Source: Mycoplasma mycoides subsp. capri (GTDB lineage: Bacteria > Bacillota_I > Bacilli_A > Mycoplasmatales > Mycoplasmataceae). Taken from it: 32,000 nt of DNA. Positions 10,950-22,130 of this stretch are shown here, one piece after another. The notes under the pieces were generated by a model. That model made no database searches. It was not told the DNA's origin and worked only from the letters and a program-made list of their open reading frames with translations. Positions within the stretch are counted from its first letter, which is position 1. Every line of letters starts with the position of its first letter. The position numbers were made by a program, and so were the translations under genes. Where the stretch lies: positions 210,001 through 242,000 of the forward strand of contig NZ_CP065581.1 of the NCBI RefSeq assembly GCF_018389705.1. Direction: 5' to 3'.

Positions 10950-12092
10950 TTAATTATTCTTATTTTTAGAAAAACTAAATGTTGAAACTTCTTTTATTTC
11001 ATTAAAGTTATTATTAATAATTTCATTAGTAATATTCATTTTATTTAAAGCTATTTTAGTAGCATTATCATCTTTAATGATTTTATTTTCAAACATTAAG
11101 ATTTTATAAATAGTTTGATAATAATGTTCTTTAAAAGAAAAACAATGATTACATGAATTATATAAAACTAATTCATCATTATCATTATAAATAGTTCTAT
11201 TAATAAATAGTCTTAATGAATCAGTATGACTTGTTATTTGATCATTACACCCATGTATAAATAAACTAGCTGCTTTTGCTGGAACTAGTTTTTTATTTTC
11301 ATACATATCAAATAAATTTAATTCCTCTTGGTTATGATTTGTTGCTAAAGTTTGTAGATCAATAGTTTTATTAATAATTTTTCTAGCTAATTTTTTATTA
11401 ATAAAAAACTTTAATCTTTGTTCTCAGTTTTTATATAATAGTGATTCAATAGATCCATAAGTTGAATCACTGATTATAAATTTAACATTAGCTTTATCTA
11501 GTAACTCTTTGTTATTAATAGCTACATAATTACAAATATAAGCACCCATACTCATTCCAAATAATCCTAAAACTTGTACATTTTCACTTGTAATTAAATA
11601 ATTAATAGCACTAATTAAATCTCTACTTTCAAATAACCCCATACTAATTACTTCAGTTTGATCAGATTCACCGTGATTTCTATAATCAAAAGATAATATA
11701 TTATATCCAAGTTCTATAAAAGCTTTAGTATGAATTAATCCTAAATACTTATGTCCAGCAAATCAGTGAGATGAAATAATTCATTTTTTACTATCTTTAT
11801 TAGTAATAAATTTAATAGCTTTAATTTTTATATTATCACTTGTAACAAAACTAACATTTTGTATTTTATTATCATCACATAATACTAATTCATCTCTTTT
11901 ATAATAGTATTTCATGATTTTATTTAACTTATTAATATCATCAATTTTACTAATATATCCTAGTTTTTTATTTGATTTAAACACAGTTAAATTACCTGCT
12001 AATCAATAAATAAACTTAAAAGGTCTTTTAGCAGCTTTAAAAATTTTTCTACCTAGTCTTTTTTTAAAAGATTCATTATTTTTATTTTTCAT
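10950..12092 (-). CDS. Alpha/beta hydrolase family protein
   Basis: 380 codons with TGA=Trp. YNILSFDYRNHGESD, nucleophile elbow LFGMSMGAY, FIHGCNDQITS and late HCFSF. Confidence 0.85.
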
Positions 12093-12163
12093 AAACTTAT
12101 TTTAATATGTATTTTAATTAATTAATAGCACACTTAAAAGTTTTTAGAAAATATAATTTACTA

Positions 12164-12193
12164 TTGAAAAAAAAAAAAAAAAAAAACTATAAT
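12164..12193 (+). promoter_or_regulatory. Candidate phase-variable promoter of surface protein A
   Basis: TTGAAA (12164-12169) and TATAAT (12188-12193) separated by 18 nt that are poly-A plus C. Full A run is 20 nt (12167-12186). Confidence 0.65.
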
Positions 12194-12235
12194 GAATATT
12201 TGCAATATAAAAGATAAATAAGGAATGAATAATTA

Positions 12236-13519
12236 ATGAAAAAATTATTAACCATTTTAACTAGTTGTAGTTTTGGATTTTTAATAACAACTTCAATAAT
12301 ACTAGTTAATAAAAATAATGGTGAGAATAATATAATAAGTTATAATGCTCAGAGAAAAAAAGTTAATCATGAATTTGCTGATAATAAAACTAAAAAGAAA
12401 ATAACAAAGATTGGTTACTACTACAGAGATGGAAAAACAATAATAAGTCAAATTCCTCCAACTGTTGAAGTGGTTGCAGCAGATCTACCAGAAGAAATAA
12501 CTAGTTTAAGAAATGCTTTTTATGGAAATAGACAAAGTGTTCGCTTTGAAAAACAATGAGATACTAAAAACATAACTGATATGAGCAGTGTTTTTTATGA
12601 TGCTAATTGAATAAATGATGCTAGCATTAAAAATTGAAATACTTCAAAAGTAACTGACATGAGTAAAATGTTTAAAAGAGCAAAAAGTTTTAATCAAGAT
12701 CTTTCTAATTGAGATGTTTCAAATGTTAAAAATTTTGAGGGAATGTTTGACGATGCAAGCGATTTTAATAATGGAAACACTCCTTTAAAATGAGAAGGAA
12801 AACTAAATAAAGCTGAAAATATGAAAAGCATGTTTAAAAAGGCTTCTGATTTCAAACATAGTTTAGATAATTGAATAATGACAAAAAAAGTTGATTATCA
12901 TGATTTTGGGTTAGAAGAAAAGAGACAACCTAAATGATTTATTGAACCACTAGTTCAAACTCCACCTAGTACATCTATAAACCAACCATCTAATTCTAGT
13001 GTCCCACTTACTCGTTCAGATGAGTCTTCAAGTTCATTATCACAAGGTTCCAATTCTAATTCTACTGATAACTCTAATAGCCTAATTTCAGATTCCATTA
13101 TTAATCCACCAATTAATAAACAAAAAAACCCTATTAAAGAACCTGTAGAAAAATCATCAGAAAATGAGATTAAAAATCTTGAAACAAAAAATTCTACTAC
13201 AAATTCAAAAAAAAGCAATTTAGAAAATGAAATATTACCAAAAGAAGAAAAGTTCAATCCAATAAATAAATCTCTAATACCAAAAGAAAATAAGGATAAT
13301 TTATATAAAATACCTTCTGCACAACCAAAACCTAATACGATATTGAAACCAAACTCAAATAATGCTTTAGTTATAACTGGAGCTGCTTTAGGAACATTTA
13401 CAGTTCTAGGAATTGGAGCTGGAGCTGGATATTATTATCGTAAAAATCTAAAGAATTTGTATTTAAGATCAACAGATAAAATAAAAGAGAGAATATCAAG
13501 AATTAAATCTAAAAAATAG
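12236..13519 (+). CDS. BspA-like/DUF285 repeat surface protein A with C-terminal membrane anchor
   Basis: 427 codons with TGA=Trp. N-terminal signal-like MKKLLTILTSCSFGFLITTSIILV; repeats WDTKNITDMSSVFYDANWINDASIKNWNTSKVTDMSKMFKRAKSFNQDLSNWDVSNVKNF; Ser/Pro/Glu-rich stalk; terminal TM GAALGTFTVLGIGAGAGYYYRKN. Confidence 0.82.
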
Positions 13520-13552
13520 TAAAAATGCAGAATTAACAATCTGCATTTTTTA
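13520..13552 (+). terminator. Terminator after surface protein A
   Basis: aaaatgcaga...tctgcattttt hairpin with T run. Confidence 0.65.
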
Positions 13553-13638
13553 GTTTTAATTATCATTTATTCTCTAATTTATATTTTGTAATTTCACAAT
13601 ATGTTTTGTAAATTTTAAACACTAATTAATATTTACTC

Positions 13639-13663
13639 TTGAAAAAAAAAAAAAAACTATAAT
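13639..13663 (+). promoter_or_regulatory. Candidate phase-variable promoter of surface protein B
   Basis: TTGAAA (13639-13644) and TATAAT (13658-13663) with a 13-nt poly-A plus C spacer. Full A run is 15 nt (13642-13656). Confidence 0.6.
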
Positions 13664-13705
13664 GAATATTTGCAATATAAAAGATAAATAAGGAATGAAT
13701 AATTA

Positions 13706-15022
13706 ATGAAAAAATTATTAACCATTTTAACTAGTTGTAGTTTTGGATTTTTAATAACAACTTCAATAATACTAGTTAATAAAAATAATGGTGAGAATAA
13801 TATTATTTATAATAGTAAAATTAAGGAAACAAATCATGAATTTGCAGATCCAAATACTAAAAGAATATTAACAAAGATAGGATACAAACAATCAGGAAAT
13901 GAAGTTAGAATCAAGACTATTCCAACCACTGTTACTCAAATTAATGCACAACTTCCACAAGAAATAACAAGTTTAAAAAACGCATTTGTTGGAAATAGAC
14001 AACAAATAAAATGAGGAACACCATGAGATACTAAGAACATAACAAATATGAGTGGTGTTTTTTATGGTCAAATATGAGTTAACGATCCTAGTATAAAAAA
14101 ATGAGATGTTTCAAAGGTTACTGATATGAGTGATATGTTTCATGGAGCATTAGGTTTTAATCAAGATCTTTCTGAATGAGATGTTTCAAAGGTTGTCAAT
14201 ATGAATGGAATGTTTGATGGTGCAACTGAATACAACAACGACAATAAGCATCTAAGATGAGAAAATAAACTAGATTCAGTAAAAACAATGAAAAAAATGT
14301 TTAATAAAACTCCCTTCAAGCATGATCTAAAAAGTTGAAAGATGCCTAATGTTGTTAATAATGATGAGTTCGGCTTAGATTCTTCAAAACAGCCCGAATG
14401 AAAATTACCAACACCACCCTCTACTTCTATTTCGATACCTAGATCTGATTCACCAGTAGAAACGCCTAAAAAACCTGAAATTGATACTGATTCATCATCA
14501 TTAAAGGACAAAAAAGAGGGTATTGAAACAGAATCAAGATCAAAATCTAGTTCATCTAGTAGTTCATCTAGTGAATCAAGACAAGAGACTCCATTATCAA
14601 ATGATGATCCAAATTCTTTTACTCAACCTATAGAATCTGACTTAAATAATCAAATAGATTCTCCTAATGAAGATGTAGATCAAAAACAACCAGAAACACC
14701 TAAAGGTGAAAATGAGACTACTCAAGATACAAATAATATAAAAGATAATGTTAATAATCATAAAAATGATGGCATTCTTTATAAAATTCCACCGGTAAAA
14801 CCTAATACCATAATAAAACCAAATTCACCAAATATAGCAATCATTACTGGAATTATTGTAGGAACATTTACAGTTTTAGGAATTGGGGTTGGAACTGGAT
14901 ATTATTATCGTAAAAATCTAAAAAACTTTTATTTAAATTCAGCTGACAAAACAAAGAACTTATACTTCAAATCTAAAGAAAAAATTAAAGATAAATTATC
15001 TAAGATGAAATCTAAAAAGTAA
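13706..15022 (+). CDS. BspA-like/DUF285 repeat surface protein B with C-terminal membrane anchor
   Basis: 438 codons with TGA=Trp. Same N-terminus as protein A; VTDMSDMFHGALGFNQDLSEWDVSKVVNMNGMFDGA; low-complexity acidic stalk; TM IITGIIVGTFTVLGIGVGTGYYYRKN. Confidence 0.82.
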
Positions 15023-15060
15023 GAGAGATGCAGAATTGCCAATTAAGGTAATCTGCTTTT
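15023..15060 (+). terminator. Terminator after surface protein B
   Basis: gatgcagaattgcc...ggtaatctgcttttttt imperfect hairpin with T run; near-identical copy follows protein C. Confidence 0.55.
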
Positions 15061-15095
15061 TTTGTATTTTATCTCTTTAAATTTACAGCCAGCTA

Positions 15096-15123
15096 TTGAC
15101 AGAATTTTTATATTCTATATAAT
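15096..15123 (+). promoter_or_regulatory. Promoter of surface protein C
   Basis: TTGACA (15096-15101), 16-nt spacer, TATAAT (15118-15123). Confidence 0.6.
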
Positions 15124-15179
15124 GGAAGGGCACATTTTTATAATTAAAAATAAAAATAATCAAGCAAGAGAGTAAATTT

Positions 15180-16340
15180 ATGAAGAAATTATTACCCATC
15201 TTTATGAGTTTTAACACCGCATTTTTAGTAACATCAACAATTTGAATGGTGACTCATTATAATGAAGACCATAAAATAAATTATAATGCTATAAGTTGAA
15301 TAAAAAAGCATAAAACATCTGGTGATAGACTAACTGATATTGGTTATTACAAATCTGGAAATAATTACATAATACAGCAAATTCCACCAAGTGTTTCCGT
15401 AATTGCAGCACAATTGCCAGAGCAAATAACTAGTCTAAGAAATGCTTTTTACGGTAATAAACAACGTATTCGTTGAGAAAAGCAGTGAGATACAAAAAAT
15501 ATAACTGATATGAGCGCTACTTTTTATGATGCAATATGATTTGATGATGCAAGCATAAAGAATTGAAATACTTCTAAAGTGACAGATATGAGTAGAATGT
15601 TTCATAAAGCAAAAAGTTTCAATCAAGATTTATCAAATTGAAATGTCTCAAATGTTAAAAATTTTCAAAGTATGTTTGAAGAAGCAAATAGATTTAATAA
15701 TGGTGACAAACCATTGAATTGAGGAGAAAAACTTAAGAGCGCTAGTAATATGAGCAAAATGTTTAAAAATACACCAGAATTTAAACAAAATTTAAATAAT
15801 TGATTAATGACAACTGAAGTTGATAAAAATGATTTTGGGCTAGATTCTAGTTTACATCCAAAGTGATATGCTAAACCCCAATTACAGCCTCCCACAACTT
15901 CAAGTTCAATACCGAACAATTTTAATAATTTACCTAGATCAGATAATTCAAATTCTCCAATTTCTATTGATAATAATGTAACGCCTGATAGCGAAACATC
16001 AATTATAAAACCTAATACACCTGCAGTGCAACCTAAAAAAGATAATGAAATTTATGTAGAGGATAAAATAGAAAATCCCAAAATTGATAATAATCCTTAC
16101 AAAATTCCATCAGCAAAACCTAACACTATAATAAAATCAAATTCGCCAAGTGCAGGACTTATTGCTGGATCTGTTTTAGGTAGTTTTACAGTTCTAGGAA
16201 TAGTCGGTGGAACTAGTTATTATTATCGTAAAAATCTAAAAAACTTTTATTTAAATTCAGCCGACAAAACAAAGAACTTATACTTCAAATCTAAAGAAAA
16301 AATTAAAGATAAATTATCTAAAATTAAATCTAAAAAGTAA
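15180..16340 (+). CDS. BspA-like/DUF285 repeat surface protein C with C-terminal membrane anchor
   Basis: 386 codons with TGA=Trp. VTDMSRMFHKAKSFNQDLSNWNVSNVKNFQSMFEEANRFNNG; TM GLIAGSVLGSFTVLGIVGGTSYYYRKN. Confidence 0.82.
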
Positions 16341-16492
16341 GAGAGATGCAGAATTGCCAATTAAGGTAATCTGCTTTTTTATGTTTTATCTATCTAAATT
16401 AAAAATTGATCATTGACATAATTCTTATATATAATGTATAGGCATATTTCTTACAATTAAAAATTAAAATAATTAAACAAGAGAGTGAAATA

Positions 16493-17800
16493 ATGAAAAA
16501 ACTATTAAATATTTTAACTACTAGTAGTTTTGTTTTTTTAATAACAGCAGGAATTGCTGCAGTTAACAAGAATAGTAATGAAAATAATATATATTTTAGT
16601 AAAAAGCTAACTTCTAGACCACACAAAATTGAAAAAGGTGTGTTAAAAGAAGTTGGATATGATGTTCTTCCTAATGGTGTTGTTCAAATTAAAAGAATTG
16701 ATTATACTGTATCAACAATTACAGCTTTGTTGCCTGAAGAAATAACTAGTTTAAAAAGTGCTTTTCAAACTAACACCAATATGATTAATTGACAGGTTGT
16801 ATGAGATACTAAGAATATAACTGATATGAGTTATGCTTTTTATAACACAACTTGAATAAATGAAAAATCAATAGCAAATTGAAATACTTCAAATGTAACA
16901 AACATGGAGGGTATGTTTGGTTTATCTAAGTCATTTAATCAAGATATTTCAAATTGAGATGTTTCAAAAGTAAAAAATTTCAAACAAATGTTCTATCATT
17001 CAACTGCATTTAATAATAATGAAAAACCGTTGAATTGAGATGTTAAATTAAAAAGTGCTGTGAATATGGAAAGTATGTTTGACAAAGCCTCTGCCTTTAC
17101 TCAAAATTTAAGTGGATGAACTTTAAATAATAGTGTTAATAACAAAAATTTTGGCATCCAGCTAGATAGACAACCAAAATGAAAAGTAGAAGTTCCAAAA
17201 CCTATTGAAAAATCTTTAAAACCTAATACAGCACCAAATAACTCAACACTGCCAGCAGATACTCCAGAGAATTTAGAAAACCAAGTGTCTCCCAAAAAAT
17301 CAGAAACGGAGAAAAAACCTGAAATAGTAGATAAATTAGATAATATACCTAGTTCTCCTTCAATCTCTGAGACACCAAAAAACATAAATGATTCTATTGA
17401 TACCCCTAATAATCTTATTATACAACCGCCTATTGAATCTAAACCTGAAATCAGTTCTGAAAAACCTAAACATCCATTAAGCACTGAAAATGAAACAATA
17501 GAAAAAAATGAATCACTAAAAGAAGACAAGATTAAAAACTCAAAAATTGATAATAATTCTTACAAAATACCAGCAAAACCTAACACTATAATAAAATCAA
17601 ATTCGCCAAGTGCAGGACTTATTGCTGGATCTGTTTTAGGTAGTTTTACAGTTCTAGGAATAGTCGGTGGAACTAGTTATTATTATCGTAAAAATCTAAA
17701 AAACTTTTATTTAAATTCAGCCGACAAAACAAAGAACTTATACTTCAAATCTAAAGAAAAAATTAAAGATAAATTATCTAAAATTAAATCTAAAAAATAA
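16493..17800 (+). CDS. BspA-like/DUF285 repeat surface protein D with C-terminal membrane anchor
   Basis: 435 codons with TGA=Trp. NVTNMEGMFGLSKSFNQDISNWDVSKVKNFKQMFYHSTAFNNN; C-terminal anchor identical to protein C. Confidence 0.82.
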
Positions 17801-17801
17801 G

Positions 17802-17838
17802 AAAAATGCAGGCCTATAATGATCTGCATTTTTTTATT
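17802..17838 (+). terminator. Terminator after surface protein D
   Basis: aaaaatgcag...ctgcattttttta hairpin with T run. Confidence 0.6.
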
Positions 17839-18238
17839 ATTTATCTAAACAACAATTTGTTTCTTTTTTATAAGCAATTACTTCAATTTCAATTAAAGCA
17901 TCTTTTGGAAGAGCTGCTGCTTGAAAAGCACTTCTAGCAGGTTTGTGATCTTCAAAGAATTCTTCATAAATACTATTTACTAATGAAAAATCATTAATAT
18001 CTTTTAATAAAACTAAAGTTTTAACTACATCAGTTTTGTCATATCCTGCTTGTTTTAAAATTTCATAAATATTATTTAAACTTCTTTTTGTTTGTAATTC
18101 AATATTATTTTCTAAAAGCATAGTTATAGGATCTAATCCTAATTGCCCAGATAAATACAAAGTACCATTGCAAATTTTAACAGCTTGACTGTATGGTCCG
18201 ATTGCTTTTGGAGCATTTTCAGTATTAATTATTTTCAT
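17837..18238 (-). CDS. ridA: RidA family enamine/imine deaminase
   Basis: 133 codons. NTENAPKAIGPYSQAVKICNGTLYLSGQLGLDP, FFEDHKPARSAFQAAALPKDALIEIEVIAY. Confidence 0.93.
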   Translation of the reverse strand: MKIINTENAPKAIGPYSQAVKICNGTLYLSGQLGLDPITMLLENNIELQTKRSLNNIYEILKQAGYDKTDVVKTLVLLKDINDFSLVNSIYEEFFEDHKPARSAFQAAALPKDALIEIEVIAYKKETNCCLDK

Positions 18239-18247
18239 AATTACCTC

Positions 18248-19438
18248 CTAATTTAATTTTAAACAGATTTTTAGTTTTTCAACTAATTGTATTAATTCAC
18301 TTCTAGGACAAGCAATATTTATTCTAAATCAGTCAGTTTGGCTTGTATAAAAATCAGAAGCTAAATTAATAATTAGATTTTGGTGCTGTAAATTGTTTTT
18401 AAATTCTTCACAACTTATATGATTAAACTTAATTCAAACTAAATAAGTTGCTTTTAGATCTATATAATCTAGTTGTTTATATTTATCTAAAAGATTTTCT
18501 TTTAAATATAAGTAGTTATTATAAATATATTCTTTAAACTCTTTTACTCAATCTAAAACTTCTTTATTTGTATATGCACTAATTAAAGCTTGTTGATAAA
18601 AAGAATTAGATAATCCAAATCCATTAATTAAATATTGTTGTTTAATTTTATCTAGTATATCTTTATTTTTACTAATTAAATAAGAACCTTTTAATCCAGC
18701 TAAATTAAACATTTTATTTGGAGAACTAACTACTACAAAATTATTATTTTTAGTTTCAAATTCTAATAAAGAATAAAATTTATCTTTTAAAACAATATCT
18801 CCATGAACTTCATCACTAACTATAATGACATTATACTTATTACAAATTTCAACAATTTTTAAAAGATCTTGAGCTTTTCAAACTACTCCAGAAGGGTTAT
18901 GTGGACTACATAAAATAAACATTTTTACATTATGTTTTTTTATTTTATTTTCAAAATCAAGAAAATCAATTTCATAATTATGATCTTTATAAACTAATGG
19001 ATTATCTATTACATTTCTATTATTTGTTTGTATTACATTATAAAAAGGTTTATAAACAGGAGATTGAATTAGAATATTATCATTTACATTAGTAAGTGCT
19101 TGAACAGCTTGTATTAAAGCACTAATAGTTCCATGACCTAGAATTATTTGATTAGTATTTAAATCAATATTATGTAATTGTTTATATCAAGTTTGAATAG
19201 CATCTAGACTATTTTCAATACTACAAGTATAACTATAAGATTGTTGTTTAGCTATTTTAACAATTGTATCAACTATAACTTTTGGAGTTTTAAAATTAGT
19301 GTCAGCTATTGAATAGTTTAAAAAATTATCATAATCATCTAATAAATAAAATTGTTTAATATTATCTTTACATCATCTTCTTTCATGAGTTTTTGATCTA
19401 TTAAAAGGTTTATCAAACTCAGTTTTAAACTTATTCAT
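18248..19438 (-). CDS. PLP-dependent aminotransferase class I/II, MalY/PatB cystathionine beta-lyase type
   Basis: 396 codons with TGA=Trp. FILCSPHNPSGVVW, VSDEVHGDI and SSPNKMFNLAGLKGSYLI (PLP Lys). Confidence 0.88.
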
Positions 19439-19569
19439 TATTTCACCTCAAATTAATTATAAAAGTTCTTATATTACTTATTAACTCCTTATATTAAGAA
19501 ACTAAAATTCATCAAGATATTAGAATAATTGATTTTGTTATAATCATAATAATAGAAAAAGGAGTTTTT

Positions 19570-20433
19570 ATGTATAAAATAATTGCTATTGATATTGATG
19601 GAACAGTGTATTCTAGAAAAAACGGAATTCATGAACTAACTAAACTTGCTTTAAAAAAAGCTAAAGATAAAGGAATAAAAATAGTTATAGCAACTGGAAG
19701 AACTATAACAACTACTAGATTTATTGCAAAACAATTAGATTTGTTAAATACTAGTATTCCTTTTATTGGACAAAATGGTGGACAAGTGTTTAGTTATGAA
19801 AAAAATGGTAGTGTAAAGATTAGATATACAAAAAACTTTACAGCTCAACAAGTTGATCAAATCTTTAGTATTATAAAACAACATAAAGCTCATGCTTTTT
19901 GTTATACACTTAATGAAAATATTGCTTATAAAAATAAAGGTATTTCTATCTTTTTTTGATGAATGAAAAAAAGAGCTCAAAGAGTTGTAAAAATATATAA
20001 ACCTAATAAATCTTTAGAATCTCAAATTACTAAATATATTTGTTTTGGTAAAAAAGAAAATATGAGACAAATGAGAAAAAAAATTGAAGATCTAGGTTTT
20101 AGTGCTTTTTCTTTTAGTTATGTAACAAATGCAAAAGAAAATATTGAAATTAATCCAATTGGTGTTAATAAAGGTTATGGTTTAGAATATGTTGCAAAAG
20201 AATTAAATGTTAAACCAGAAGAAATTTTATTTTTTGGTGATGGAGAAAACGATTTAGAAGCGATTAAATTTGCAGGAAAAGGAGTTGCTATGAAAAATAC
20301 AAAACTAGATATAGTTAAAAAAGCAGCTGATGATATTACAAGTTTAACTGCAGATCAAGGTGGAGTTGGTGAATATATTTTTAAACATGTTTTAAAAGAA
20401 GAAATTCCTATAGAGTTTCAAATAGATAAGTAA
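19570..20433 (+). CDS. Cof-type HAD-family hydrolase
   Basis: 287 codons; two supplied ORFs joined through tandem TGA TGA (Trp Trp). [35 protein letters not shown] and [16 protein letters not shown]. Confidence 0.92.
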
Positions 20434-20502
20434 TTAATTAGTATTTTTTCAGTTTTTAGTATTTTGAATTATTGTTTTATTTCACAAATTATTCTATTAA
20501 AG

Positions 20503-20508
20503 TATAAT
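20503..20508 (+). promoter_or_regulatory. -10 box upstream of riboswitch
   Basis: TATAAT just upstream of the aptamer-like sequence. Confidence 0.5.
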
Positions 20509-20511
20509 TAA

Positions 20512-20590
20512 AGCAAATAAGGGTGCTGTAAAAAGCTGAGATTATACCTATTAGCAGATCATGGTAATTCATGCGTGGCTAGATTTTTTA
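20512..20590 (+). promoter_or_regulatory. TPP-like (THI element) riboswitch aptamer
   Basis: aaGGGTGCTgtaaaAAGCTGAGATtATACCT...TAGCaGATCATGGTAATTCATGCGTgGCTA matches the TPP order GGGUGC, CUGAGA, UACC, GAUC..UAAU..GCG with a short P3. Confidence 0.82.
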
Positions 20591-20592
20591 CA

Positions 20593-20622
20593 GGTTATAC
20601 CCTTTAAAAGGTATAACCTTTT
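20593..20622 (+). terminator. Expression-platform terminator hairpin
   Basis: GGTTATACC (20593-20601) / GGTATAACC (20610-20618) followed by TTTT. Confidence 0.8.
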
Positions 20623-20654
20623 ATTTTCCCCTTATTTTAAAAAAGGAGATAAAT

Positions 20655-22130
20655 ATGTATACAAATAAATTAAAAGTTGCATTAGGAACAATGTTATCGG
20701 CTGTTTCTATTGCTTCTGTAGGTTCATTTGTTGTTGCTTGTCAAAATACCGGAAAAGATCCTAATCAACCTCAAGTAGCTGCAAAATGAGATAGTAAAAT
20801 AACAATTAACAATGGTTGAGTTAATGATGGTTTTTTTAGTAAATTAGATTCTAATACTGGAGCTGTAACTCCAAGTGAAAAAAGTAAGAAATTTATTGAA
20901 TTATTAAGTCAAAGATTCAATGAATTAAAAAATAAAGATGAAGAAGCTAGAAAATTTGAAGATGTTAAGTTTGATATAAAAGTTGATCTTAATAAAAAGA
21001 GTTATTATTCAAAATTGGAAAAAAACGATTCTGAAAATGATGTTTATATCACTAATTACTCATATTACTTAGATAACGTTTGAGATGCTAGAAATAATAC
21101 TTTAAAGAAAGACTTAGATTTTAAATTAGTTTCTCAAGCGGCTACTTTAAAATTTAACTGACAATCAGAAGATAATACTTTCTATAAGGATGGAAAATCA
21201 GATGATTCATTGCGTAAACTAGCAGAAGAAAACAATAATAAATGACTAGAATATGGAGAATACCCAGATTGATATTCTAGAGAAGACAAAGAAATGAATG
21301 GTAAAAAATTACATTTTGATGGCTCAAAATATACTAATTTTTATAAAGATAAAGAATTAACTTATGTATATCGTGGTGCTGTTCTAATTGCCGGAACTGA
21401 AGAACAACGTAAGGAAGTTGTTAAAGCTTGAGAGGATAAAAACTGAGAAGCATTTCTAAAAAAAGGAATTGTTTATGAAAAAGCAAGTAGAGCAGGTGGT
21501 TATAAGTACCAGGTAGCTTTATTTGCCCGTCATTTTAACAAGGATATAAAGGATATTAAACATGATCTTGAAAAAAATGAAGCATACAAACAATATATTG
21601 TTAAAGGTAAAGCTGTATCTGATCAATTAGGAAAAAAACAAGAAAATATTAGTTTAACACCACTAATTGGATTTGATGATGAGGGTTCATATAATTGAAC
21701 TAAATCAGAAAAAGATAGTGTAAAATATAAACCAACTGATTTTAAATCTAGTGTAAATGGTTCATCTACTTCTACTTCAATGAACGCTAGATCTATGATG
21801 ATATCTGCAAAACCAGCAATGCCAGCTACACCTGTAACTAATGGTATGAATAAAAATGGTTCTGTTATAAGAACTTTAACAATGACTAATCCAGCTGGTT
21901 ATGATGTTGTTTTAGCTAGAAGAGGTTTATTAGATAAACAAGTTGAACTTCTTTCAAAAGCGTTACAATCATTATCATTAGAAGAAAATACTTACGGAAT
22001 TTATACTGGATATAATAAATTCATGCCATTAAGTATGGAATTATTTGAAAAATTAGTAAAATTACAAGTGCAAGCTGAATCAAAACAAGATTTAGTTAAA
22101 GACATCGATAAAATTGAATTAAAAAAATAG
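20655..22130 (+). CDS. Thiamine/TPP-type ABC transporter substrate-binding lipoprotein (p37/Cypl-like)
   Basis: 491 codons with TGA=Trp, SD aaaggag. Signal with lipobox SVGSFVVAC; TVYRGAVLIAGTEEQRKEVVKAW-like region; upstream TPP-like riboswitch and ATPase/permease partners. Confidence 0.78.

Noticed and set aside
12955-17529. Ser/Leu/Glu-rich minus-strand ORFs (12955-13257, 14161-14511, 15435-15626, 15665-15919, 16399-16626, 17101-17529)
   Set aside because: Antisense to strongly supported plus-strand surface protein genes and arise from the compositional bias of their stalks; no good SD or family motifs.
12164-17800. Repeats in the surface protein array considered as a CRISPR or transposon signature
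   Set aside because: They are gene-length paralogue identities, not short regularly spaced repeats, and no transposase or terminal inverted repeats were seen.
19744-19980. Minus-strand ORF inside the HAD hydrolase gene
   Set aside because: Antisense to a well-supported gene; no independent support.
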